Shown: positions 9,911-19,031, counted from the first letter of the stretch. The stretch is DNA of 26,143 nt from a virus (IMGVR_UViG_3300044984_002785); one strand, 5' to 3'. Program-made: numbers and translations. The notes: generated by a model from the letters alone, not told the origin.

Positions 9911-10363
9911 TTACGTTACCTGATAGCGGATTTGTAAGTTAATTTCACCGATTGCATAAGGGGCCAATAGCCCTTCGTCGGTTGTTATACTTTGAACCAA
10001 AATTTCTGTTGTTTCAAAAAAACTATTGTCCTGATTTGTATCAGGACTGTATTGTAGTTGACGATTTGCATCTATGCAAGTTTCTATGTCTGAGAGCAAG
10101 TTTTCCAGCTGTTGCTGCGAATCTTCACCCTTGCAGTAAACTTTCACACATACTCCCAACATTCCCCAAGCAAAATTTCCGGAATGATACTCACGTTGTT
10201 CCATTCCAGGAGATATGTAAACTGAGGGGAAATCATTAACTTCATCCCAAAATTTTAGCTTTGCATAGGCATTATTGAACAAGTTAGTAGTATATACGCC
10301 TTGTCCATTTATTGTGTTTAATTTCGCAGCTATTGCTGTTGTTATTGATGTTCTACGACTCAT
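9911..10363 (-). CDS. Tail terminator / tail-to-head joining protein (150 aa)
   Basis: T5 p142-like sequence (LKFWDEVNDFPSVYI...TTDEGLLAPYAIGEINLQIRY), located just upstream of the tail tube gene. Confidence 0.8.
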   Translation of the reverse strand: MSRRTSITTAIAAKLNTINGQGVYTTNLFNNAYAKLKFWDEVNDFPSVYISPGMEQREYHSGNFAWGMLGVCVKVYCKGEDSQQQLENLLSDIETCIDANRQLQYSPDTNQDNSFFETTEILVQSITTDEGLLAPYAIGEINLQIRYQVT

Positions 10364-11748
10364 ACTAGTACGGCCCTTAATCTGTTAGTTACTTGCTGTG
10401 CAGCAATTTCTCTGATTGATGCTGATATTAGCAATTTAGGGTCTCGGGACTTTGGTAACTCTTGGCGACCACCCTGACTAAAGGTTGCATACGGGCTTTT
10501 CATATAAGTATAAAAAGCGGTAATCATACCTTGTCTGCTTTGAGATAGAGAGTCTACTTTAGCAGATCCAGCTAATCTACCGGTACGGTAATTAAGAATA
10601 TCTCTGCGGTTACCGTTACCCATATTAGCACTTATTACATCTTGTAACTGTTGATTAAGTAGTAGCAATAACTTTGCTAAACTCACAGTGCTTGTTAACT
10701 TTTGTTCTTTTACAGGAGCTGGTCGAGGTATTTTTTCTTTAACTGCCGTACTGGCTGGTAGTTTATTATTAGTACCAATAATTAAAGACTTACCTTTAGG
10801 ACCTTTTTGTGGTGCGTGAGGTTTTAACTTGACTTTACCAGTTTTTATTAAACTAGCTACAGCTTTACCTATATCTTGTAATATAGTATTTGAACCACTT
10901 ACGCCCAGGTACTTTTGTACTAACTTCTTATCCGCTAACAGTATGGCTAGATTCTCTTGGAAACTCTGAAAGATCTTTAGCTCTCTAGCTCCAAAGTCTT
11001 TTTGGTTAACTTCAGATCTTTGAATAGTTACAGCAACAAATACAGTACCAAATAATTTTTCCACACCTTTAAATACTTCAGGAGTACTATTTCTAAAGGA
11101 ATAATCAAAATCAGCTTGAATACTCATTATCTCGTCAAGCATATCTGTTGCAAGAGTTGTGGCTTTAGTGTATCCTCTAATTTCCAGTATATCCGCAATC
11201 CGGCCTATCTTTTCTGCTAACGGAGATACAAAATATTCCGAAGCATTACTAGGTATATGTCCTATATCTAGTAAACTCACCTCTTGCGTAACTCTCCAGT
11301 CTTCCTCGGCTTCTCCGGGATAGTCTGGTTTTCTTATCTTTTTAATACCAAAAGCAGTATCTACTAGTTTTGGATCTCTAACTACATCTCGTATGAATTT
11401 TTGTATTGCGTCATAGGACATTGCTAATAATAGCTGTGTGTCTTTCCCGCCATCTATATATACTAAATAAGGTTTTGAGCCCAGGAAGTGTTCTGGAGGT
11501 ATAAGCGATATTGAAGAATATTTTCTAGTCGCTTTAGCTGACACAACTTCAAGGAATTTCTTATGTAACTCATCAAAATTAACTAAGATATTTTCTTTAT
11601 TATTAACTAGCAAACTATTATAAGAAATATCAAGTACATGAGGTCTTTTATCTAAGTCTAGCTTGCGAGTATCAAATAATAACTGTGCTCTTATGTCTTT
11701 ATCTAAAGTACTTATTAGATCTTTAAGAGTTATACTTCCGGTAGCCAT
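10360..11748 (-). CDS. Tail completion/neck protein with a large N-terminal extension (462 aa)
   Basis: C-terminal T5 p143-like motif (LNYRTGRLAGS...FYTYMKSPYATF...RDPKLLISASIREIA) and synteny. Confidence 0.7.
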   Translation of the reverse strand: MATGSITLKDLISTLDKDIRAQLLFDTRKLDLDKRPHVLDISYNSLLVNNKENILVNFDELHKKFLEVVSAKATRKYSSISLIPPEHFLGSKPYLVYIDGGKDTQLLLAMSYDAIQKFIRDVVRDPKLVDTAFGIKKIRKPDYPGEAEEDWRVTQEVSLLDIGHIPSNASEYFVSPLAEKIGRIADILEIRGYTKATTLATDMLDEIMSIQADFDYSFRNSTPEVFKGVEKLFGTVFVAVTIQRSEVNQKDFGARELKIFQSFQENLAILLADKKLVQKYLGVSGSNTILQDIGKAVASLIKTGKVKLKPHAPQKGPKGKSLIIGTNNKLPASTAVKEKIPRPAPVKEQKLTSTVSLAKLLLLLNQQLQDVISANMGNGNRRDILNYRTGRLAGSAKVDSLSQSRQGMITAFYTYMKSPYATFSQGGRQELPKSRDPKLLISASIREIAAQQVTNRLRAVLV

Positions 11749-12317
11749 TACGTATAGTCTGCCTTATATAAGTCTAAAATACGCTTAATATGTGCTGGTA
11801 AACTAGTTGTAGAAATATATTCAATTTGCACTGTGTTTGTACCAGGTGACTTAGAACTATGAATAGCGCTATCTTGTCTGCGATAGTAAGTTATTAAATC
11901 CAAAACTGCTGCTTCTAAATCTGCAGGTACGTCGTTATAGCCTGCTGTATAAATAACTTTATAGCCTCTGATTAACTTAGGAAAGTATCCTGAGCTATCT
12001 AAGCTTAAGACGGTATCTCCATCTTGTACCCAGTCTTTGTACTGAACTAAATCAGTCCAAGTTTGGCCATAGTTAGTACTTATCTGAACATTACTAATTG
12101 CTACGATTGGTGTTTCTTTAAGAATGAACTTATTTACATCGCCGTTAAATACCTCGGTATTTGGGCTCGACCAGTAGTCGACAAATGTTCTATTACAGTA
12201 TGTTTTAATTAACTCAGAAATCTTAGGAATAATGAAATCAATTACAGCATCTTCATTAGTACTCTTAATTCCAGCATAGGTCTTATAGTCTGCTTTTGTT
12301 GTAAGATTTAATCCCAT
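11748..12317 (-). CDS. Head completion / head-tail adaptor protein (189 aa)
   Basis: gp6/gp15-like connector pattern (KTYAGIKSTNED..IPKISELIKTYCNRTF...YTAGY..VPADLEAAVLDLITYY), located after the capsid gene. Confidence 0.85.
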   Translation of the reverse strand: MGLNLTTKADYKTYAGIKSTNEDAVIDFIIPKISELIKTYCNRTFVDYWSSPNTEVFNGDVNKFILKETPIVAISNVQISTNYGQTWTDLVQYKDWVQDGDTVLSLDSSGYFPKLIRGYKVIYTAGYNDVPADLEAAVLDLITYYRRQDSAIHSSKSPGTNTVQIEYISTTSLPAHIKRILDLYKADYT

Positions 12318-12360
12318 ATTTACCTTTCTTGTCTTTTAAAAGGACTTAAAAAATCCTTTT

Positions 12361-12388
12361 AAAAGACAAGGAACCGAAGTTCCTTGTC
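12361..12388 (-). terminator. Intrinsic terminator after the capsid gene (cUUCGg hairpin)
   Basis: Minus strand reads GACAAGGAAC-TTCG-GTTCCTTGTC-TTTT. Confidence 0.8.
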
Positions 12389-12395
12389 AACTTAA

Positions 12396-14324
12396 TTAAG
12401 CTACGTAACGTAGAGCTGAAACACCAGCACCTAAATTAGTTGTAACTTGTGTCATACCAGTACGTAGGCTAGCTACCATAACACGACGTTGTGTTTCCAC
12501 TAAGTCTTGAGTGTCAATACGTAGACCACGCTGATTACCGACTAGGAAGTTACCTGGGTTTAAGCAGATAGCGCCAACTGCGTCAGCAGCTTTGTCAGCA
12601 AATTCAGCACTTACGATAACTGGAGTGTTACCGATTGCACCGATTTGACCTGTTAGTAAAGTGGCTTGTTGACCAACTTTATCAACTGTTAGGAAACTTG
12701 CGTCTTCTAATAGATCGTAGTAGTTTTCTGTGCTTACGATGTAAACTAGTTCGCTTGGATCAAGACCCCATGCACCTAGATCACGACGTAGAAGCTGTAA
12801 CTTGGCAACAGTCATCTTAGCAGCATCAGAAATATCTAGAGTAACAGCGCTTACTGCGTCGTATGCTGATAGACCTTTAACTGGGTCAGAACCTGTACCT
12901 GCACCACGTAACATAGCACGGTCAACAGCGCGAGCAACACGGCGAACCATAGCGTCACGGATAACAGGCATAATTGCTAGTAGAGCGTCTTCTTCTTCTT
13001 CGTAGGCAACGTATTCGTTTGTAGCTACTTTGTAAGCATTTAGAGTAATCTCTTTTAATGCATGAGTAGCTTCTGCACCAGCGCTAGCGGCAGTACCGAA
13101 GGCTGTATTAGCCATCCAAGTAGCAACACCTGCTTCTGGGTTTACTGGAATAGTCATTACGTTAGTGTTCATTGCAATACCACGTAGGTTAGGTGCAACA
13201 ACTAAACGACGACGTACTTCATTTTCCATAGCCATAGAAACTTCTAATTCCCATGTAGCGCTTGGAACGTGAGCACCATATTTTTGTACCATATCGCGAC
13301 CAAACTTGGAACCTTCTAGGCCCTTGCCAGTCATTTTACTTAATAGTACAGCTTTTTCTTTGTCTGCGTAAGACATTTCGCTAGACTTACCGTCTTGGAA
13401 TTGCATACGTGATTTTGTGATTGCTTCTAGTTCAGCAGCTTTCTCTTTAAGAGCGCTTTCTAGACCAGCAACAACACTTTTAGTTTCATCAGCCTGAGCA
13501 GCGAAACGCTTCTCGACTTCAGCCATAAGAGCTTCAGCACCAGTAGTAGATGGTGTTGCTAAAGCAACAGCAGCTTTGATACGGTCTTGTAGTTCGGCTT
13601 CTGCTTTGTCGGCAGTAGCTTTGTCAGCAGCAGCTTTTTCTTGTGCGGCTAATAGAGATTTTGTGGCTTGTTCAGCGGCAGCAGTAGCAGCCTCGGCCAA
13701 CATTTTTTGTAGTTCTTTTGGATCCATTTTCCATTCCTCGGTAATTTCGCTGTTTACATCGCTGGAGGCGTCTAGCCCATTAGCTGAGTTGCTTTTGCTT
13801 GCAAACTGCATTTTGAAAGATTTAAATTCTTCGGCCGTATCAAACGCCTTAGAAAGACTAAATAGTGTATTTTGATTTGCTGGTACAGACACAATTGATA
13901 TTTCGTGTAGTTCCAGTTCTTTTACAACAAACAGCTCTAAGGCTGAATTATATTCCGCATCGACGATACGGAAACCAATGCTAAAGGCGGTTAGCACACC
14001 GTCTTTTACAAGATTGAAGACGTCTTCAGCAGCAGCAGAAACTCGGGCTTTTACATACAAGCCTTTTTCGTCTACTTTATGATCCGTCATCCTACCCACA
14101 GGCTCACTGTGATTATGGTACGCCAAAATTACCGGATTTTTCAAGTAATTTTTAATACCAGCTTCCCACACACTCGCAGGAACAATATCGCCTTGTCTGT
14201 CAACGTCATTAGTTGAAGCGTAACCTTCTATAGTTACTGAATCAATTTTTTCGCCGGCAGTAGGTAGAGACTCGCTCTTTGTAAAAGAACTGTTAATAAA
14301 CAGGACTTTACTTTTATCTACCAT
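12396..14324 (-). CDS. HK97-type prohead protease fused in frame to scaffold (delta) domain and major capsid protein (642 aa)
   Basis: N-terminal protease motifs (IEGYAST...DRQGDIV, ILAYHNH..PVG, FSIGF, ELHEISIVSVPANQ..LF), then an Ala-rich coiled coil, then HK97-fold capsid motifs. Possible internal start at 13727. Confidence 0.92.
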   Translation of the reverse strand: MVDKSKVLFINSSFTKSESLPTAGEKIDSVTIEGYASTNDVDRQGDIVPASVWEAGIKNYLKNPVILAYHNHSEPVGRMTDHKVDEKGLYVKARVSAAAEDVFNLVKDGVLTAFSIGFRIVDAEYNSALELFVVKELELHEISIVSVPANQNTLFSLSKAFDTAEEFKSFKMQFASKSNSANGLDASSDVNSEITEEWKMDPKELQKMLAEAATAAAEQATKSLLAAQEKAAADKATADKAEAELQDRIKAAVALATPSTTGAEALMAEVEKRFAAQADETKSVVAGLESALKEKAAELEAITKSRMQFQDGKSSEMSYADKEKAVLLSKMTGKGLEGSKFGRDMVQKYGAHVPSATWELEVSMAMENEVRRRLVVAPNLRGIAMNTNVMTIPVNPEAGVATWMANTAFGTAASAGAEATHALKEITLNAYKVATNEYVAYEEEEDALLAIMPVIRDAMVRRVARAVDRAMLRGAGTGSDPVKGLSAYDAVSAVTLDISDAAKMTVAKLQLLRRDLGAWGLDPSELVYIVSTENYYDLLEDASFLTVDKVGQQATLLTGQIGAIGNTPVIVSAEFADKAADAVGAICLNPGNFLVGNQRGLRIDTQDLVETQRRVMVASLRTGMTQVTTNLGAGVSALRYVA

Positions 14325-14338
14325 AATACCCCTTTGTG

Positions 14339-15523
14339 TTATTCCTTAGCGGAGGCGGGTCGTCCCCCTGTACTAGGATTTGCGGCTGATCCTGCAATAT
14401 TTGCAGGAATTCGTAAATCATCGTTACCAGCTTTTGACTCATAACGTAATTCTGTACGTGCTTCATTAGCACTAATAATTCCAGCATTTACCAATGTTGA
14501 GTGGTACGCTGCAATGTCTTTTAGTTCTGGTTGTAAAGCACTTACTGAACTTGTAATAGCCTCCACGTCATAACCAAAGTAACGTTCTATAGCACTAATA
14601 AACTTACGATTAATAGGCAGAACTGTTTCTAGGTAAAATAAACGCAGATTAGGGCTAATATTGGCATTATTACCGCCTTCTAGTAAGATAGGTGGTACAC
14701 CGATAGCCCGCATAATTTTTTCGTCATGAGTCTTGATGCTTTGATCAAAATCCATGTCTTTGAAACTGGTTTGTGCTAGCTGTTGTGGCTTTAGTCCTGA
14801 ATCTAAGATAACAGGCTTTTTGCCACCGGCTTTAGAGCTATAACGCTGCAACCAATAGTTGATTGTTTTTTCTTTGGCAACTTGACTTAGAGTATTTTCG
14901 GTGGTTAGTACCAATCCGAAAATAGCACCATTATCAAAGAATTGCTCTTGGAACTGCTGCATTGAATACAGGATATTTACTGAACGTTCAGCACTCTGTA
15001 ATCTGCTAGCTCCACGATAAATTGATTCTGAACTAATATCTCTGAAGTAAAAGACTTCGGATTCTTTGAAGTCAACAGCACCGTTGTAACGGTAGCCTCG
15101 GATAAATGTTTTAGCGTCAGTTAAGATCTCTACTGAATCAGCAGGTAGATGATACATAAACGTACCATCAAAGTGTACAAACGCATTGCCTTCAAGTACG
15201 TAATCTGTAAATACTGCTGCACGAAAATCTTGTGCACTTTGATACGGATTAGGCCTGAAGTTTAAAAGAGTACTAAGCTGCTTTTGGCGCATGCCAGTTG
15301 CAACTCCATCGTGCGCTTTGTCTTTGATATCGTAGTCTAGTGAGCTGCAGGCATTAATTAGCATGTTAACTGGTCTGTTAACTGACTCTAGCTTTTTAAA
15401 TGCTTGAGTGTAACTAATTTTGGCAGTAGTACCGATTTGGGTACCTTCGCCTTCTGCAATTCGTGTCTGTGCTGGGTTAAGTTTTGTGCGAACCCAGTCT
15501 TGTGATTTTGTAATCCAACTCAT
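14339..15523 (-). CDS. Portal protein (394 aa, HK97/T5-like)
   Basis: LLNFRPNPYQSA..F, LEGNAF, QEQFFDNGA..G, IMRAIGVPPILL, GIISANEAR motifs. Confidence 0.93.
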   Translation of the reverse strand: MSWITKSQDWVRTKLNPAQTRIAEGEGTQIGTTAKISYTQAFKKLESVNRPVNMLINACSSLDYDIKDKAHDGVATGMRQKQLSTLLNFRPNPYQSAQDFRAAVFTDYVLEGNAFVHFDGTFMYHLPADSVEILTDAKTFIRGYRYNGAVDFKESEVFYFRDISSESIYRGASRLQSAERSVNILYSMQQFQEQFFDNGAIFGLVLTTENTLSQVAKEKTINYWLQRYSSKAGGKKPVILDSGLKPQQLAQTSFKDMDFDQSIKTHDEKIMRAIGVPPILLEGGNNANISPNLRLFYLETVLPINRKFISAIERYFGYDVEAITSSVSALQPELKDIAAYHSTLVNAGIISANEARTELRYESKAGNDDLRIPANIAGSAANPSTGGRPASAKE

Positions 15524-15531
15524 GTTATTCC

Positions 15532-15963
15532 CTATGTGAACTCTGAGAAAAACGAGCCAAAACTTTGTGGGGCTACACTAGTACCACCAAGCAAATATTT
15601 TTCACGCTGTATCCCGATCCAACGGGCCTGCTTAGCTTCGCTACCAGGTTTCGGAGCTTTACCGTAAACACTATGAAGCGCTACATGATGCTGGTTACAT
15701 AGGGTGTAAACTTGATCATATAACTCAACATTATGCTCTGTGATAAACTCATCTCGTACAGCTAAAATACCTTCATCGGAGGATATATCGTAGCCTTTTC
15801 GTTCAGCCCACAGTTCCAAAAGTATTGTTACCGAGTGTAGGTGATGAAGTTCTAAATCTTGGGTTTTATCACAGATAAAACATTCAGACTTCTTTTCATA
15901 GGCTGCTTTAGCCTTATCGCGTACCCATTTTACTGGAATACGGTTATTTGTATTTTTAGCCAT
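15532..15963 (-). CDS. HNH endonuclease (T5-like nicking/packaging-associated)
   Basis: CFIC...LELHH...TLCNQHHVALH zinc-HNH pattern, located between terL and portal as in T5. Confidence 0.85.
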   Translation of the reverse strand: MAKNTNNRIPVKWVRDKAKAAYEKKSECFICDKTQDLELHHLHSVTILLELWAERKGYDISSDEGILAVRDEFITEHNVELYDQVYTLCNQHHVALHSVYGKAPKPGSEAKQARWIGIQREKYLLGGTSVAPQSFGSFFSEFT

Positions 15964-16027
15964 TTAACTTAGTATAGTAAGGTTTTACCTTGACATTTTT
16001 TGCTAGCGCTAATGTTATTGTACTAGT

Positions 16028-16056
16028 ATTATACTCTTTAGGCACAAAAATGTCAA
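16028..16056 (-). promoter_or_regulatory. Sigma70-type promoter for the HNH-portal-capsid genes
   Basis: Minus strand reads TTGACA (16056-16051), 17 bp, TATAAT (16033-16028). Confidence 0.8.
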
Positions 16057-16073
16057 CATAATATTTTTGCTAC

Positions 16074-17360
16074 CTATAGAGTATAAGTATACAATGCGTA
16101 TCTAACTGCATCAGCCATGTGAGAATAATCATCGTGCATAGGGCGCTCGCGCTGCAGACCCTCACGTTGATCCCAGCGGTACTGGTCAAACATAGCTAGT
16201 ACATTTTCACAGTGTGGTGCAACTTTTAATCGACCTTGTGCTACTAGTGTTTGTACATAGGCAATTCCGGGCAGCACATCTTTTTTGGCTTTGGTAGTTG
16301 ACAGATCATATTGATAAGCCAAGTCGCCAGCAAATTGTGCAGCTGCAGAGTCAATAAATATAACTTCAACACCCCAACGCTGACAAAGTGCTTTAAACTC
16401 ATTGGCGTGTTCCGCGGTAGTCTTTTCACTTTGTAAGTATTCGTCAACCACGTAGAAACAATCCGATGCTGGTTCGTAGATGATAACCACAAATGCTGTA
16501 GCATCTCTGTAACCTGGGTCACAACCAGCTATGGCTTCACCTTTTGTATTTTCGGGTAATTCACAAACACTAGCAGCTTTGAAATCATATATTTGTCCAA
16601 CATACGTGGTAAAGCTAGCCATGTACTCTTGTTCAAACTCCGACTTTGACATCGACCGGCGGGCTTCTTGTACATCCGACTCAGCCATACGAGTATTCTC
16701 AGTATAATCTGCTTGTAGGCTAATCCATTCTGGAAAATTATCATCAAACCCACGATTCCAAAACTGACTAAACCAGTTATTTTTACCACGAGGTGTTGAA
16801 ATAAAAATGGCTTTGGCACTGGGCTTGTCTAAAGTAGGACGAAGTGCAACGTTAAACGCAGCCTCGCCACCTTCACCTAGTGCAGCTTCGTCAAAAATAA
16901 TCAAGTCATAGCTGCGACCAACAGTTGAGTCAACGGTACTAAGCGAGCCCATGCGAATGGTCGACCCATTTGATATTTCAATGATCTTGTCTTTTAAGTT
17001 ATCACGAGTAATTTCCAAATCAAAGTGCTTGATTAGTTTACGTTGTAGCTCAAATGAAATTGACGACAAATTGTAGTTAGGTGAAATAATAAGTACATTT
17101 GACCCAGGCACTAGACTGACTAGTTGCCCAACCACGTTGGCAATGTAAGTTTTACCCAGGCGACGGGCTAGTGCGGCGCAAACGAACCTGTACTTGGGGT
17201 CGTTGACGGCATTGATTAGTGCGATTTGGGGTCTGTTGATGGTATCCCAAATTCCCAGCAGTTTTAAGTAGTTGGTAATCGGCAGTTTAATAAATCTGGT
17301 TGCGGCTGGGAAATCTGTGATAACTTCCGAGTTAACATCTGGACGACTAATAGTTAGCAT
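16074..17360 (-). CDS. terL: Terminase large subunit (428 aa)
   Basis: Walker A ARRLGKT, Walker B LIIFDEAA, coupling motif ISTPRGKNNWF, RNase H-like nuclease domain (GCDPG...DSAAA...HMADAVRYA). Confidence 0.95.
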   Translation of the reverse strand: MLTISRPDVNSEVITDFPAATRFIKLPITNYLKLLGIWDTINRPQIALINAVNDPKYRFVCAALARRLGKTYIANVVGQLVSLVPGSNVLIISPNYNLSSISFELQRKLIKHFDLEITRDNLKDKIIEISNGSTIRMGSLSTVDSTVGRSYDLIIFDEAALGEGGEAAFNVALRPTLDKPSAKAIFISTPRGKNNWFSQFWNRGFDDNFPEWISLQADYTENTRMAESDVQEARRSMSKSEFEQEYMASFTTYVGQIYDFKAASVCELPENTKGEAIAGCDPGYRDATAFVVIIYEPASDCFYVVDEYLQSEKTTAEHANEFKALCQRWGVEVIFIDSAAAQFAGDLAYQYDLSTTKAKKDVLPGIAYVQTLVAQGRLKVAPHCENVLAMFDQYRWDQREGLQRERPMHDDYSHMADAVRYALYTYTL

Positions 17361-17833
17361 TAAATACCTTCACCAGTAATCAGCTGCTGAACCAACTTGG
17401 AATACTTTGATCCATCTAGGCCTTCATTGATTTGTACATTGACTTGTTTGCTGGGCGCAGTTCCAGCCCTGATTTTTTCCAGCTGAATTTCCTTGTCCAG
17501 TAAATCCATTGACATTTTGTGTGATAAGGCAAGTAGTTCCGATATGTCTTTTTGGGACCCGGTACCAGCCTCTTCAAGTTCGGAGAACTTTTTCTTGATT
17601 AAGGCATCCATGGCCCGGCGCATCAAAAAACGGTTATTGTATCCTGAGTCCATGAACACCGAATCAATATATGTTTTAACTTCACGACGTTGTAGTATGC
17701 TGGTCACAGTTTCAACATCCAAGTCAAGTTCTTGGGCGACCTTGCGGGCATCATTAACTTGAAGGTAACAATTAGCCACTTCCAGTGCTTCTGGGGCAAT
17801 TTGTATAATTTCAGCAGGTAGGTGTTGAGTCAT
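17360..17833 (-). CDS. terS: Terminase small subunit (157 aa, T5-like)
   Basis: Coupled to terL by a TAATG overlap and resembles T5 TerS (ISPEALEVANCYL-type N-terminus, YIDSVFMDSGYNNRF, KKFSELEE). Confidence 0.85.
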   Translation of the reverse strand: MTQHLPAEIIQIAPEALEVANCYLQVNDARKVAQELDLDVETVTSILQRREVKTYIDSVFMDSGYNNRFLMRRAMDALIKKKFSELEEAGTGSQKDISELLALSHKMSMDLLDKEIQLEKIRAGTAPSKQVNVQINEGLDGSKYSKLVQQLITGEGI

Positions 17834-17855
17834 GGTAGGGTATCCTTTTGGGTTA

Positions 17856-17884
17856 ATTATACTGGGTTTTGAAAATTTTCACAA
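17856..17884 (-). promoter_or_regulatory. Promoter for the terminase operon
   Basis: Minus strand reads TTGTGA (17884-17879), 17 bp, TATAAT (17861-17856), ~22 nt upstream of terS. Confidence 0.65.
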
Positions 17885-18088
17885 GTGTGTTTTTTTCGAG
17901 GGTTTTTTGAGGGTTTTTTGAGGTTTACGCACCGAAAAGGTTTAGGGTAAATTTTCATAAATAGGCCGTGTGGGTGGGTCCAGTAGCGTACGTATATTTT
18001 GTAGTCTAATAACCGCCCCAGTCAGTATAACATAAAATCTATCATAAATCAATAGGGGTAAGCACCTAGAAAATAATTTAAAAATCTC

Positions 18089-18116
18089 TTGACGACGTAG
18101 GATTCTGTGATATAAT
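18089..18116 (+). promoter_or_regulatory. First rightward (pre-early-type) promoter
   Basis: TTGACG, 16 bp, TATAAT with a TG extended -10. Confidence 0.7.
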
Positions 18117-18122
18117 AAACAC

Positions 18123-18296
18123 ATGACAACAAGACAAGACTACTTACTAGCGTGCTCTGCAATTGAGGACAAGCATCCTAATGCATGGAGCATTGTACAA
18201 CATGACGACACAAATTTTTCTGCTAAGGTAGGGCATTGCATGGCGTACTATGTTATAATCGACAATGAAATTATTGGAGACATTTGGTATGAATAA
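18123..18296 (+). CDS. Hypothetical 57-aa protein, probably leaderless
   Basis: Manual translation gives MTTRQDYLLACSAIEDKHPNAWSIVQHDDTNFSAKVGHCMAYYVIIDNEIIGDIWYE. ATG lies 6 nt after the -10 hexamer. Confidence 0.65.
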   Translation: MTTRQDYLLACSAIEDKHPNAWSIVQHDDTNFSAKVGHCMAYYVIIDNEIIGDIWYE

Positions 18297-18381
18297 ATTT
18301 AAAGAATTTTGTGATCTTGCTCTTGCAATGACTTGCATTGCGATGCCTTTTGTGATATACTTCTATCAAATGAAACCCTAA
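18289..18381 (+). CDS. Hypothetical 30-aa hydrophobic peptide
   Basis: MNKFKEFCDLALAMTCIAMPFVIYFYQMKP, with an 8-nt overlap with the upstream stop. Confidence 0.5.
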   Translation: MNKFKEFCDLALAMTCIAMPFVIYFYQMKP

Positions 18382-18418
18382 CCCTTTCCCTTAACCCTTA
18401 ACTTTTTAGGACTTTAAA

Positions 18419-18742
18419 ATGACTGCAAAAACCGTGAACTATACCCCTGAGCAAACCCTGCAAATGGTTGCTGATTACCAAGCCGGTACAACTGTTGAGA
18501 CCATTGCCGAGGCATTGGGTAAGACTGTGCGTTCTGTCGTTGCTAAACTTTCGCGCGAGAAGGTTTACATTGCCAAGACATATGCCACCAAGACCGGCGA
18601 GGCTGTTATCAAAAAGGATACAGTAGCCGATTACATTGGCGAGGCTTTGGGCTTGGGTGAGGCTGATACAGAATCACTTACCAAAGCCAATAAGGTTGCA
18701 CTAAAAGCAATCGCTGATTTCATCAAGGCTGAAAAGACCTGA
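18419..18742 (+). CDS. T5 A2-like small DNA-binding (HTH) protein, paralog 1
   Basis: NYTPEQT...VETIAEALGKTVRSVVAKLSREKVY, then KK...ESLTKANK. Good RBS (TAGGA). Shared pattern with three other ORFs in the window. Confidence 0.75.
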   Translation: MTAKTVNYTPEQTLQMVADYQAGTTVETIAEALGKTVRSVVAKLSREKVYIAKTYATKTGEAVIKKDTVADYIGEALGLGEADTESLTKANKVALKAIADFIKAEKT

Positions 18743-18774
18743 TGGACTGTAGGGGCTTTGTCCCCTATAACCCA

Positions 18775-18793
18775 AATGCGAATCATTCGCATT
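18775..18793. promoter_or_regulatory. Fur-box-like 9-1-9 palindrome, copy A
   Basis: AATGCGAAT-C-ATTCGCATT, extending to a 13-1-13 palindrome over 18771-18797. Confidence 0.55.
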
Positions 18794-18798
18794 TGGGG

Positions 18799-18834
18799 GC
18801 GCCAATTATATCACATATAATTGGGCGGTGTCAA
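18799..18834 (-). repeat. Leftward promoter-like repeat, copy 1 of 8 (TTGACA-N18-TATAAT-T-GGCGC)
   Basis: Plus strand reads GCGCC..ATTATA (18805-10)..18 bp..TGTCAA (18829-34). Internal palindrome CCAATTATAT-CAC-ATATAATTGG. Confidence 0.85.
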
Positions 18835-18904
18835 TAGGGGTTTATCCCTATGTTGTATTTTTACACACTTGACTTTTTAACTGTTTTACTGATATAATAA
18901 AGGC

Positions 18905-19030
18905 ATGAACAATACATACACACCCCAACAGATTAGCCGCTTTCACCGCTTTTGTGATCGTCATGGCTTGCAATTTAATAACATGATAGAATATAATTCT
19001 GCTATTAAACAATTTTTCCTGAAAGACTAA
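18905..19030 (+). CDS. Hypothetical 41-aa protein, probably leaderless
   Basis: MNNTYTPQQISRFHRFCDRHGLQFNNMIEYNSAIKQFFLKD. ATG lies 6 nt after TATAAT (18893-98) of a TTGACT-18-TATAAT promoter. Confidence 0.65.
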   Translation: MNNTYTPQQISRFHRFCDRHGLQFNNMIEYNSAIKQFFLKD

Positions 19031-19031
19031 T

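Noticed and set aside
15990-16021. Plus-strand TTGACA suggesting an antisense promoter into terL
   Set aside because: No convincing -10 hexamer at 16-18 bp spacing.
18373-18401. Telomere-like (A)ACCCT(A/T)A short repeats
   Set aside because: Low-complexity, imperfect and only 3-4 units, so not distinguishable from chance without conservation data.
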